Source: a virus (lineage: Duplodnaviria; Caudoviricetes). Taken from it: DNA of 28,233 nucleotides. Below are positions 16,498-24,245 of the stretch, in pieces. The notes beneath the pieces were generated by a model. The model searched no databases. It was not told the origin of the DNA and saw only the letters and a list, made by a program, of their open reading frames with translations. Each line of letters starts with the position of its first letter. The first letter of the stretch is position 1. The stretch lies in IMG/VR virus record IMGVR_UViG_3300046718_000308, positions 1 through 28,233 of that record; one strand, written 5' to 3'. A program made the position numbers and the translations under genes.

Positions 16498-16947
16498 ATG
16501 AGCATCATTTCAGCCGTTCCCGCGAAAACCTACGCGCAGTTCTCGAGCATCGTCTACCCGACGAATGCCACCACGCAGATGACCGTCACCACGGCGACCA
16601 CGCCGGTGCAGATGACGACGGCCCAGCTCTTTCAGGGCCTGTTGCCAGTCGATTGCCAGGATGCCGGCAGCATCACGACCCCGACCGCGGCGCAGATTGT
16701 GGCGGCCATTCCCGGTTGCCAGGTCGGCACCGCGTTTGACCTCGATGTGGTCAATTACGGGGATACGACCCTGACGCTGGCGCTCGGCACCGGCGTGACC
16801 AAGACCACGATTGCCACCGTGTCGTCCGTCCTGACGATGGTGACCTTGGTGAGCAAGCGGTTCAAGTTCATCGTGACGACCACGACGCCCGGCTCGGAAG
16901 CCGTGACGGTGTGGGCCTTCGGGAGCACGGCGGCGGCGGTCGCGTAA
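16498..16947 (+). CDS. Putative capsid decoration protein
   Basis: Directly after the coat gene, SD AAGGA; TTPTAAQIVAAIP...GTAFDLDVVN...TLALGTGVT. Confidence 0.6.
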   Translation: MSIISAVPAKTYAQFSSIVYPTNATTQMTVTTATTPVQMTTAQLFQGLLPVDCQDAGSITTPTAAQIVAAIPGCQVGTAFDLDVVNYGDTTLTLALGTGVTKTTIATVSSVLTMVTLVSKRFKFIVTTTTPGSEAVTVWAFGSTAAAVA

Positions 16948-16959
16948 TCAGTCACACTC

Positions 16960-16991
16960 AGGGGCCTCGCCCTTTCGGGGGCGGGCCTCTT
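16960..16991 (+). terminator. GC-rich UUCG hairpin; weak terminator or mRNA-stabilising stem
   Basis: AGGGGCC-T-CGCCCT-TTCG-GGGGCG-GGCCTCT after the decoration gene; U-tract is poor. Confidence 0.55.
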
Positions 16992-17008
16992 CACCGAGGG
17001 AGCTCGAC

Positions 17009-17248
17009 ATGGCTGTAGCACTGACCTTCCCGCGCGTCCTCTACAAACCGGAGGGCGAGCATTGCCTGGTCACGGACAAGGACGAATACGACCGCGCCAA
17101 GGGTGACGGCTGGAAAGATGACGCGCCCAAGGGCTGGAACAATGTGCCCGATCCGGCGAATCCGGGGGGCACCTTGCCGCCGAAGCCGCCGACCGCGCCG
17201 CCTCCCCCGAAAGGCGAGGCGCCCAAGGCCACGCCGGTGGTCAAGTGA
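17009..17248 (+). CDS. Small Pro-rich head-region protein
   Basis: SD GGGAG; FPRVLYK...V...EY..A...GW.D.P. Confidence 0.7.
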   Translation: MAVALTFPRVLYKPEGEHCLVTDKDEYDRAKGDGWKDDAPKGWNNVPDPANPGGTLPPKPPTAPPPPKGEAPKATPVVK

Positions 17249-17670
17249 CACGGATTGCCCTCGGCATCTGTCTCGTCTGGCTGGCGCTCCTCGCGCCGGT
17301 CCATGCGCAGCAGAAAGGCGATCCCGTGCGATGCGTCGTGACGGTCTCCACCGCCACGTCTCTGACGGCCGTGGGTGGGGATTGTGTGGCCCATCCGGGC
17401 TTGTCGCTGAACATCACCGATATTCTCTCGGTGACGAATGCCGCGGGGATTGCAGCGGACAGTTACAACACGTTGAAATACGGCACGGGCACCACCTGCG
17501 GCACCGGCACGACGGTCTTTTGGTTCGCGTATACCACGGCGGCCACGCAGGCGACGGTCGTGGATAACCGCGTGACGCCGATCCGGTTGCCGCCAAATGT
17601 GGATGTGTGCTGGATAAACTCAACTGCCGGCAGCAAGGCGTGGGTGATCACGGGGTTTTACGCCCCATGA
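17245..17670 (+). CDS. Signal-peptide-bearing beta-sandwich protein
   Basis: MTRIALGICLVWLALLAPVHA-QQ; four Cys in the mature part; coupled to both neighbours. Confidence 0.7.
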   Translation: MTRIALGICLVWLALLAPVHAQQKGDPVRCVVTVSTATSLTAVGGDCVAHPGLSLNITDILSVTNAAGIAADSYNTLKYGTGTTCGTGTTVFWFAYTTAATQATVVDNRVTPIRLPPNVDVCWINSTAGSKAWVITGFYAP

Positions 17671-17891
17671 ACCTCGCGTATGATCCGGGCGAACTCGAGG
17701 CGATTCGGGCGCATGTCGTGGGGCAAACCCTGCTCGAGCTCCCCGCCCAGACGGCGATTGGCTTAGCCTGTGCGGTCCTGCTGCATTACGCGGTGGAACA
17801 GCCCGACATGGTGCGCACGGTGCTGCACGAGCCGGTCGTGCGCGACGGATTCCGCGGAAAAAGTTTACTGAAAACCCTGACGCGGACCTGA
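17667..17891 (+). CDS. Hypothetical protein
   Basis: ATGA-coupled, 74 aa. Confidence 0.6.
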   Translation: MNLAYDPGELEAIRAHVVGQTLLELPAQTAIGLACAVLLHYAVEQPDMVRTVLHEPVVRDGFRGKSLLKTLTRT

Positions 17892-17912
17892 GAAGGCCGC
17901 AGGAGTCTCCCG

Positions 17913-18353
17913 ATGGCAAAAAGTGCGGTCCACGCGAATTCCTTCCTCCTCTTGATGTTCAATGCCACGCTCTACGCGAACGTCGCGATCAACGCGACGA
18001 GCTCGCCCATTACGAACATCTTCGCCAGTCTCCACACGTCGGACCCTGGCACGGCCGGCGACCAGACGACGAACGAAATGACCACCGGCGCTTACAATAC
18101 GTATGCGAGAGTCAGCGTCGCGCGCACGTCGGGTGGCTGGACGGTCACGACGAACAGCGTCTCTCCGGTGGCGGCGATCACGTTCCCCGCCGGTGTGTCG
18201 GGCTCGGGTGCGACGGCCACACACTTCGCGCTCGGCTCGCTGACGTCCGGCGCCGGTGTCCGGTTCTACTCGGGCACGATCACGCCCAACATCGCGTGTG
18301 GTGCTGGCGTCACGCCCTCGCTCTCCACGGCCTCGACGGTCACCGAGACCTAA
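17913..18353 (+). CDS. Small fibre-associated beta-sandwich protein (Gp80-like family)
   Basis: SD AGGAG; SLHTSDPG...NE...YARVSVAR...W...ITFP...THFALG...YSGTI. Confidence 0.7.
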   Translation: MAKSAVHANSFLLLMFNATLYANVAINATSSPITNIFASLHTSDPGTAGDQTTNEMTTGAYNTYARVSVARTSGGWTVTTNSVSPVAAITFPAGVSGSGATATHFALGSLTSGAGVRFYSGTITPNIACGAGVTPSLSTASTVTET

Positions 18354-18557
18354 ATGCCGATTGTTACGGCGATTGGCATGGCGGTCGGGCAGGAATCCGG
18401 CGATCCGCGCGATGCGCGTCTTCAGGCCGCGGTCAATGCCGAGATCCATCGGTGCCTGGCCGATGGGCTGTCGGCGGATGGCGATGCGGACATCATTCGG
18501 GATCGGATGAAAGCGGCCCATGCGGCGGAACTGAAGGCCATCGACGAGGGGCGATGA
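18354..18557 (+). CDS. Hypothetical protein
   Basis: 67 aa abutting both neighbours. Confidence 0.65.
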   Translation: MPIVTAIGMAVGQESGDPRDARLQAAVNAEIHRCLADGLSADGDADIIRDRMKAAHAAELKAIDEGR

Positions 18558-21094
18558 CGCCCGCGCAGATCGGGGCCAAGCTGGCCGCCGATATGGTGGC
18601 GGGGGTGCAAGCGGCGTCCGCGAGCGGGTTGAGTATGACGCCCGCCGATGCCGTGGCGGTCAAAAGCTACGTGGATGGAGCCTACGCCTATGCCGCGAGT
18701 GCGATCGTGAGTCCCGCGAGCGTCGGACGGGTGCCGGCCGGCTGGATTGCCTTTACGGCGCCCGCGGTCCTAACCGGGATCACGAATTACACCGTGCGGC
18801 TGCGCATTGCGAACAGCCCAACGGTCATTGGCACGCTCAGTCTCGGGTTGCCGACGCCGGACGCCTACGGCGTGATTACGGCCGATTGCACGGCGCTCTT
18901 TACGGGCCGGGCGGCGGATAACTATCAGACCTCGATCGCGATTACCTATCCGACGGGCGTGGTCGATTCGGGGGTGTCGCCGCCGTTTATCCTGCCCCTG
19001 ACCGTCGCCACGGGCACCTTCAAGACGGTGGGGCCGGGGAAGACCTACGCGACCGTGCAGGCCGCGGTGACGGCCGCGGTGGCGGGGGATACGATTCTCA
19101 TTGACCCCAACATCACCTATACGGAAAACGTCACGCTCCCCAATAAAGGCGCGTTGGCGGCGCCGATCACCCTGACCACGGCGGCCGATCTGAGTCTCTT
19201 GCCGCGCGCCGGCCGTCGCACGAATCCCTCGTATGCGCCGCTGATGCCCTTGATCGTCTCACCCGGCAGTGGCATTTCGTCGATCATTATCGCGCCCGGC
19301 GCGAGTAACTACGTGCTGCGGCATTTGAACGTCGGGGGCGTGCCGTTTGGCTTCAATGCCATCATTAAGATTGGCGCAAACGACAGCACGCAACAGTTTT
19401 ACGCGGATGAGCCGCACCATATCACCGTCGATCAGTGCTACATCCACGGCGGGGACGTCTGCGGCCAGAAGATCGGGATTTGGACGCATGGCCGCTATAT
19501 CACGATCACGAACAACTACATCGACCAGATCAAATCGGTCGGGCAGGACTCGCAAGCGATTAGCGGCTCGAATGGCCACGGGCCGCTGACGGTCATCAAT
19601 AATTTCATTCGGGGCGGCACCGAGCCCTTCATGCTGGGCGGGGCCGATCCGAACGTGCGCACCTACATGACCGTGACGAGCATTCTGACTGCCACGGCGG
19701 TGAATGTGACGTGTTCGGAAGCGGGCCATACGCTGTCTGAACTGACCGTCGGCCAGGGCCTCAGTATCCTCGTCGGGGGCGCCTGGACGTTCACGACCAT
19801 CACGGGGATCACGGGTGGAGGCGCGTCGGGGGTGGTGTCGTTTGCGCCGGTCGCGGGATCGGTGGATGTGCCCGGCGGCTTACGGGCGGGCGTGACGCTG
19901 GGCATGGAGGGGCCGGGCTTCGGCCTCATTTTCAGACAGAACCTCTGCGGGAACGCCGCGGAATGGTTTAACGGCAACCTCCAGGCACCGGTGAATGTGC
20001 AAGCGGTGGCGGGGGCCGGGGGTGGCACGCTGGCGGCGGGCATCTATTTCTATACGGTCCAAGGCTTCAATCCGAACGGCTATCAAGCCAATCCGGTGTT
20101 CTACGTCAATAGCAACGAATCCCTCGAGGTGCGCGCGACCTTGGGTGCGACCGGGCATGTCACGGTGACGTGGACGCCCGATCCGCTGGCGACGATCTTT
20201 CGGGTGTGGCGAGGCGTGACCCCGGGCGCCCGCACGCAATACCACGACGCGACGGGCTCTTCGTATGTGGACGACGGCACGGCGATGGTGGCGGCCACGC
20301 CTTTTGGCGCGACGGCGCATACCATCAAGAACATGTTCGAGCTCAAGGCCGTGCAGAACGCCCAGATCGATAGCAACGTGTTTCAGTATTGCTGGACGTG
20401 GATCAAAACCGTCAATCAAGAGGGCGCGGGATCCTACCTGCAGACGAAAAACGTGGTCATTGAGAAGAACATCTATCGGCACTGCGATGGCTGGCTCGAG
20501 GTGCATGGCACCGAGATTCCCAGTGGATCGGGGTTCCCCTATCCCGGGCCGATGGTCAATCTCACGGTGCGCAACAATCTCGTGTATGACTCCGGGCCGC
20601 AATGGGGGCAGGGCTTCGAGATCTTCGCGATGAACATCAGTAACGGCATCCAAGGCCTCGTCATTGATCACAATACGGTGATTCATACCACGAACTTGAC
20701 GGGTGGCGGCCTTGCAACGATGGACTCGGCGCAGTTGTTCCCGATCACGGGCCTGGCGCTCACGAATAACATGTTGCGCAAAGAAACGAACGGGATTAAA
20801 GCGGGAGGCGTGGCGGCGGGCACGGCGACCCTCACGGCCTGCACGACGGGCGGTTACACCTACAGCAAGAACGCGGTGGCGGATGCGACGGCGGGCACGG
20901 ATGGCGCGGCGAACTTCTATGAAGCGGCGGCGCTCTGGCAAGCCGAATTTGTGAACTATGTGGCCAGTGGCGAGGGCGCCGATTTCCGGCTGAAGCCCAC
21001 GAGCGCCTATCACCTCGCCGGCTCGGATGGCTTGGATCTCGGGGCGGATATTCCGGCCGTGCTCGCGGCCACGACGCCGGCCTTGACCGGATGA
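18554..21094 (+). CDS. Right-handed beta-helix (pectin-lyase-like) spike or putative depolymerase with inserted domains
   Basis: ATG 18554 (ATGA-coupled, SD GAGGGG); VGPGKTYATVQAAV...GDTILI, Asn-ladder rungs (ITITNNYI, LTVINNFI, VVIEKNIY, LTVRNNLV, LVIDHNTV), C-terminal DFRLKPTS...DLGAD. Confidence 0.8.
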   Translation: MTPAQIGAKLAADMVAGVQAASASGLSMTPADAVAVKSYVDGAYAYAASAIVSPASVGRVPAGWIAFTAPAVLTGITNYTVRLRIANSPTVIGTLSLGLPTPDAYGVITADCTALFTGRAADNYQTSIAITYPTGVVDSGVSPPFILPLTVATGTFKTVGPGKTYATVQAAVTAAVAGDTILIDPNITYTENVTLPNKGALAAPITLTTAADLSLLPRAGRRTNPSYAPLMPLIVSPGSGISSIIIAPGASNYVLRHLNVGGVPFGFNAIIKIGANDSTQQFYADEPHHITVDQCYIHGGDVCGQKIGIWTHGRYITITNNYIDQIKSVGQDSQAISGSNGHGPLTVINNFIRGGTEPFMLGGADPNVRTYMTVTSILTATAVNVTCSEAGHTLSELTVGQGLSILVGGAWTFTTITGITGGGASGVVSFAPVAGSVDVPGGLRAGVTLGMEGPGFGLIFRQNLCGNAAEWFNGNLQAPVNVQAVAGAGGGTLAAGIYFYTVQGFNPNGYQANPVFYVNSNESLEVRATLGATGHVTVTWTPDPLATIFRVWRGVTPGARTQYHDATGSSYVDDGTAMVAATPFGATAHTIKNMFELKAVQNAQIDSNVFQYCWTWIKTVNQEGAGSYLQTKNVVIEKNIYRHCDGWLEVHGTEIPSGSGFPYPGPMVNLTVRNNLVYDSGPQWGQGFEIFAMNISNGIQGLVIDHNTVIHTTNLTGGGLATMDSAQLFPITGLALTNNMLRKETNGIKAGGVAAGTATLTACTTGGYTYSKNAVADATAGTDGAANFYEAAALWQAEFVNYVASGEGADFRLKPTSAYHLAGSDGLDLGADIPAVLAATTPALTG

Positions 21095-23247
21095 CGCCCA
21101 TGATTCGCCTGCGGATGTTCTTCGCCGTGCTCCTGCTGCTCCTCGTGGGCATCTGGGGCTTTGTGCAGGCCCAGACCCCGCCGCCGGCCACGGGCGTCAT
21201 CGTGAATGCCTCCGGGACGCCCTCGGTGACCCTGCTCAGCCCCTCGACCGGATCCGTCGGCTCCTCGGTGACGATTACGGGTGTGGGGTTTGGATCGACG
21301 AAAGGCACGGGCACCGTCACCTTTAACGGCACCGTCGCCTCGACGACGGCCTGGAGTGCCACGAGCATTACCGCCACCGTGCCGGGCGTCTCGACGGGGC
21401 CCGTGGTGGTGACACAGAACGGATTAGCCAGTGCGGGCCTGACGTTTACGGTCACGGCCGGCACGCTGACGTGTTCGGGGACCTGTTGGTATGTGCGGTC
21501 CCTCACGGCCTGCGCGAATAACGGGAACGGGACGACGGCCAGCTGCGCGGCCACCGTGGGCGGCGCCGGGGCCTGGCGCGGCTTGGCCAACATTGCCTGG
21601 GGCTCCGTGGCAGCCGGATCGACCGTGAATCTGGTGGGCGGGGACACCTATACGGGCGGCCTGATCACGGGCGCCTCGGGCACGGCGGTCAGTCCGATCA
21701 CGATTGCCGTGGTGACGGGCTCCAGTAATACGGCGACGATTGATCTGGCGAATACGGTGGGATCGATTGGATTCCGCTTCAATACGAACTTCGTCACGAT
21801 TGATGGGCGCATCGGGCAGGCGACCACGGGCGCGACGAGCTACGGCCTGCGCGTGATCAATATTGCCTCGAATAGCACGACCAGTTCCTACTGCGGCTAT
21901 GCGGACAGCGTGCATCACGACATCATGCTCCACGTCGAGTGCAGCGGCCATACGCAAACGTCGCTCGATGATGTGGGCGGGGGCGTCTACTTTCACACCG
22001 TGGCGCCGGAAGCGAGTAACGGATTCGAGCTCGGGTATGGCTGGATTCACAGCGACATTCCGCCGGTGGTGATTACGACGATCACGGAATCGGGGACGAC
22101 GGCCACCGCGACGACGGCGACCCCGCACGGCTTTCCGTCCTCGGGGACGTATTACGTCGGCGTGAAGGATCCCAGCCTCGGCGGCCCCTGCCAGTTCGAT
22201 GGCGTGGTGACGAACAACTGTCCTGGCTATGAGGGGACGCGGTGGATCGCGACGACGACGAGCCCCACCACGTTCACGTATTCCATCGGGCGCACGATCG
22301 ACGGCGCGCACGATGCGATTCCGAGCGGCCTGGGCACCTCGAGCGGGGGGCAAGCGATCTATCACTGGGATGCCGCGGGCTCGTATGTCACGACGCACTC
22401 GAGCAGCACGACCTTCAACGTCGGCAAGATCCACGACATGCTGGTCGAGAACATTTTTCACGACGGGTTGAAGGGTGGCGCGAACCTCTCGATCTATAAC
22501 AACGTCATCAAACACGTCGAGGGGTCGGGCCATTCCGATTCGTTGCTGATTCAATCGGGCGGCTACGCGCAGATTTACAACAACTACATCGAGAAGTCGG
22601 CCGATCAGAATATCTATCTCGATAATCTGTTCGATGCGCCCTGCGCGCACCTCCGCGTCTACAACAACGTCCTGAACAGTAATCTCGGGTTCGGGATCAT
22701 CATTGACCCGGAAGGCGCGGCGGGCCAACCGCCGGCGTCGGCGAGCGGCTGCACGGCGGGTAGTCCGTCGTCCTGGGATGATCTGGTGATCCTGAACAAT
22801 ACCTTCGTCTCGGCCTCGAACGCACAGATTCGCAAGGGCCGCAGTAACCCGATCACGAACCTCGTCATTAAGAACAACATCTTCGGGGGCGGGCAGCTGG
22901 GCGGGACGTTGCAGGCGGAAATCTTCAACGGCATCGCGGCGAGTTTTCTCGATGCGAACGCCTGGGACTATGACGTGTATGCGGGCACGGGGGGCACGCT
23001 GATCACGAATTTCTCCGGGTCGAATCAGACGCTCGCCCAGATCCAGGCCCTCGGCACGCCGCGCGAGACGCACGGGGCGATGGGCACCGTGTCCTATACG
23101 AATGCGGCGGCACAGAACTACACCCTGGCCGCTGGCGATACCGCCGCGAAGGGGCAGGGGCTGAACCTGCTGGCCACCTATCCCTTCCTGGCGACGATGA
23201 AAGACGGCACGACGCGGACGGTGCCGTGGAATCGGGGCGCTTACTGA
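21091..23247 (+). CDS. Signal-peptide protein with IPT/TIG domain and right-handed beta-helix
   Basis: MIRLRMFFAVLLLLLVGIWGFVQA-QT; IPT LSPSTGSVGSSVTITGVGFG...WSATSITATVP; rungs LSIYNNVI, HSDSLLIQ, AQIYNNYI, LRVYNNVL, LVIKNNIF; ends WNRGAY. Confidence 0.8.
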   Translation: MTPMIRLRMFFAVLLLLLVGIWGFVQAQTPPPATGVIVNASGTPSVTLLSPSTGSVGSSVTITGVGFGSTKGTGTVTFNGTVASTTAWSATSITATVPGVSTGPVVVTQNGLASAGLTFTVTAGTLTCSGTCWYVRSLTACANNGNGTTASCAATVGGAGAWRGLANIAWGSVAAGSTVNLVGGDTYTGGLITGASGTAVSPITIAVVTGSSNTATIDLANTVGSIGFRFNTNFVTIDGRIGQATTGATSYGLRVINIASNSTTSSYCGYADSVHHDIMLHVECSGHTQTSLDDVGGGVYFHTVAPEASNGFELGYGWIHSDIPPVVITTITESGTTATATTATPHGFPSSGTYYVGVKDPSLGGPCQFDGVVTNNCPGYEGTRWIATTTSPTTFTYSIGRTIDGAHDAIPSGLGTSSGGQAIYHWDAAGSYVTTHSSSTTFNVGKIHDMLVENIFHDGLKGGANLSIYNNVIKHVEGSGHSDSLLIQSGGYAQIYNNYIEKSADQNIYLDNLFDAPCAHLRVYNNVLNSNLGFGIIIDPEGAAGQPPASASGCTAGSPSSWDDLVILNNTFVSASNAQIRKGRSNPITNLVIKNNIFGGGQLGGTLQAEIFNGIAASFLDANAWDYDVYAGTGGTLITNFSGSNQTLAQIQALGTPRETHGAMGTVSYTNAAAQNYTLAAGDTAAKGQGLNLLATYPFLATMKDGTTRTVPWNRGAY

Positions 23248-23438
23248 TGCGCCGCGAGCCAGGCCGAGCGGAACAACCAACCAATCGGCCCGCCGGCAGG
23301 CGTCTGGCAGGTCAGGCCCGTCACGGGATCCGTGATCTGGTCCATCAGTTGGCCCTCGAGCTCGAGGCGTGTCTGCACGAAGCGGGCGCGGACCTGTTTG
23401 TAGGTGAGGAGTGGATCGGAATGCATGGGTGGTCGCAT
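23241..23438 (-). CDS. Possible 65-aa antisense protein (alternative to the + ORF 23247-23516)
   Basis: Strong SD AAGGAGAGG before ATG; MRPPMHSDPLLTYKQVRARFVQTRLELEGQLMDQITDPVTG... Confidence 0.4.
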   Translation of the reverse strand: MRPPMHSDPLLTYKQVRARFVQTRLELEGQLMDQITDPVTGLTCQTPAGGPIGWLFRSAWLAAHQ

Positions 23439-23516
23439 AGCAAGAACCTCTCCTTCGCCCAGTCCCGGCGAAACCTCGCGACAAGTCCGATGGCGGGCAG
23501 ACCGATGGTGCCCTAA
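23247..23516 (+). CDS. Possible 89-aa hypothetical protein
   Basis: TGATG overlap upstream and TAA-ATG abutment downstream, but no recognisable motif. Confidence 0.35.
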   Translation: MRREPGRAEQPTNRPAGRRLAGQARHGIRDLVHQLALELEACLHEAGADLFVGEEWIGMHGWSHSKNLSFAQSRRNLATSPMAGRPMVP

Positions 23517-24245
23517 ATGGCGAACTGGCTGACCACCAAGGGGTTTGACTTCCGCGATAGCTTGGCCGCCGTGGACTCTAACGGGTCTACCGAAGCGGGC
23601 CACAATCGGGTCTTTGTTTATAACACCGCTCAGACCGTGTCGAACGGGTCCATCGTCACGGACCCAGGCGGGCTATATCCGACCACGCGGACGGTAGGCG
23701 GGGATTCCATCACCTATGGCTGGGTCACCGATATTCCGACGACTCGTGATCGGAACTCTGGCAATGATGAACGGCTCGTCGGGATTCACTTTGCGCCGGG
23801 CTCCGCGAATGTGCTCAATTTCCGCGTCGATCTGCCGGCGGCGGGCAGTTACAAAGTGCGGTTGGCGATTGGCGACAACGACGGCGCGCATTCCCCGATG
23901 CATGTGCTCATTTTGGACAATACTACGACGGTGCTGACCAGAAATGAAGGGACGACCGCAGGCAACAGCTACATTGACGCTGCCGGGACAGAGCGAACTG
24001 AAACCAATTGGGTGAGCAGCAATGCGCAATCCGGCATTCTGACGTTTGCCACGACCACGTTGTTCATGCGCCTAGACGCCTCGGTGGATTTGACCACGAT
24101 TGCGCATCTCGAAATCGAGCAAGTCACGAGTGCGAGCGCCGCCCTCACGGGCACGGCGACGGCGAGCATTACCGAAGCGGATATCGTGGCCGGCGGCAAG
24201 ACGATCGTCATTACGCTCACGGGTGATACCTTCATCCCGTCCTGA
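23517..24245 (+). CDS. Galactose-binding-like (CBM-like) protein with a C-terminal domain fragment
   Basis: GFDF...YGW...RDR...D.RL..IHF...FRVDLPAAGSYKVRLAIGD resembles the YxiM/agarase-type galactose-binding domain; ends SAALTGTATASITEADIVAGGKTIVITLTGDTFIPS. Confidence 0.65.
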   Translation: MANWLTTKGFDFRDSLAAVDSNGSTEAGHNRVFVYNTAQTVSNGSIVTDPGGLYPTTRTVGGDSITYGWVTDIPTTRDRNSGNDERLVGIHFAPGSANVLNFRVDLPAAGSYKVRLAIGDNDGAHSPMHVLILDNTTTVLTRNEGTTAGNSYIDAAGTERTETNWVSSNAQSGILTFATTTLFMRLDASVDLTTIAHLEIEQVTSASAALTGTATASITEADIVAGGKTIVITLTGDTFIPS

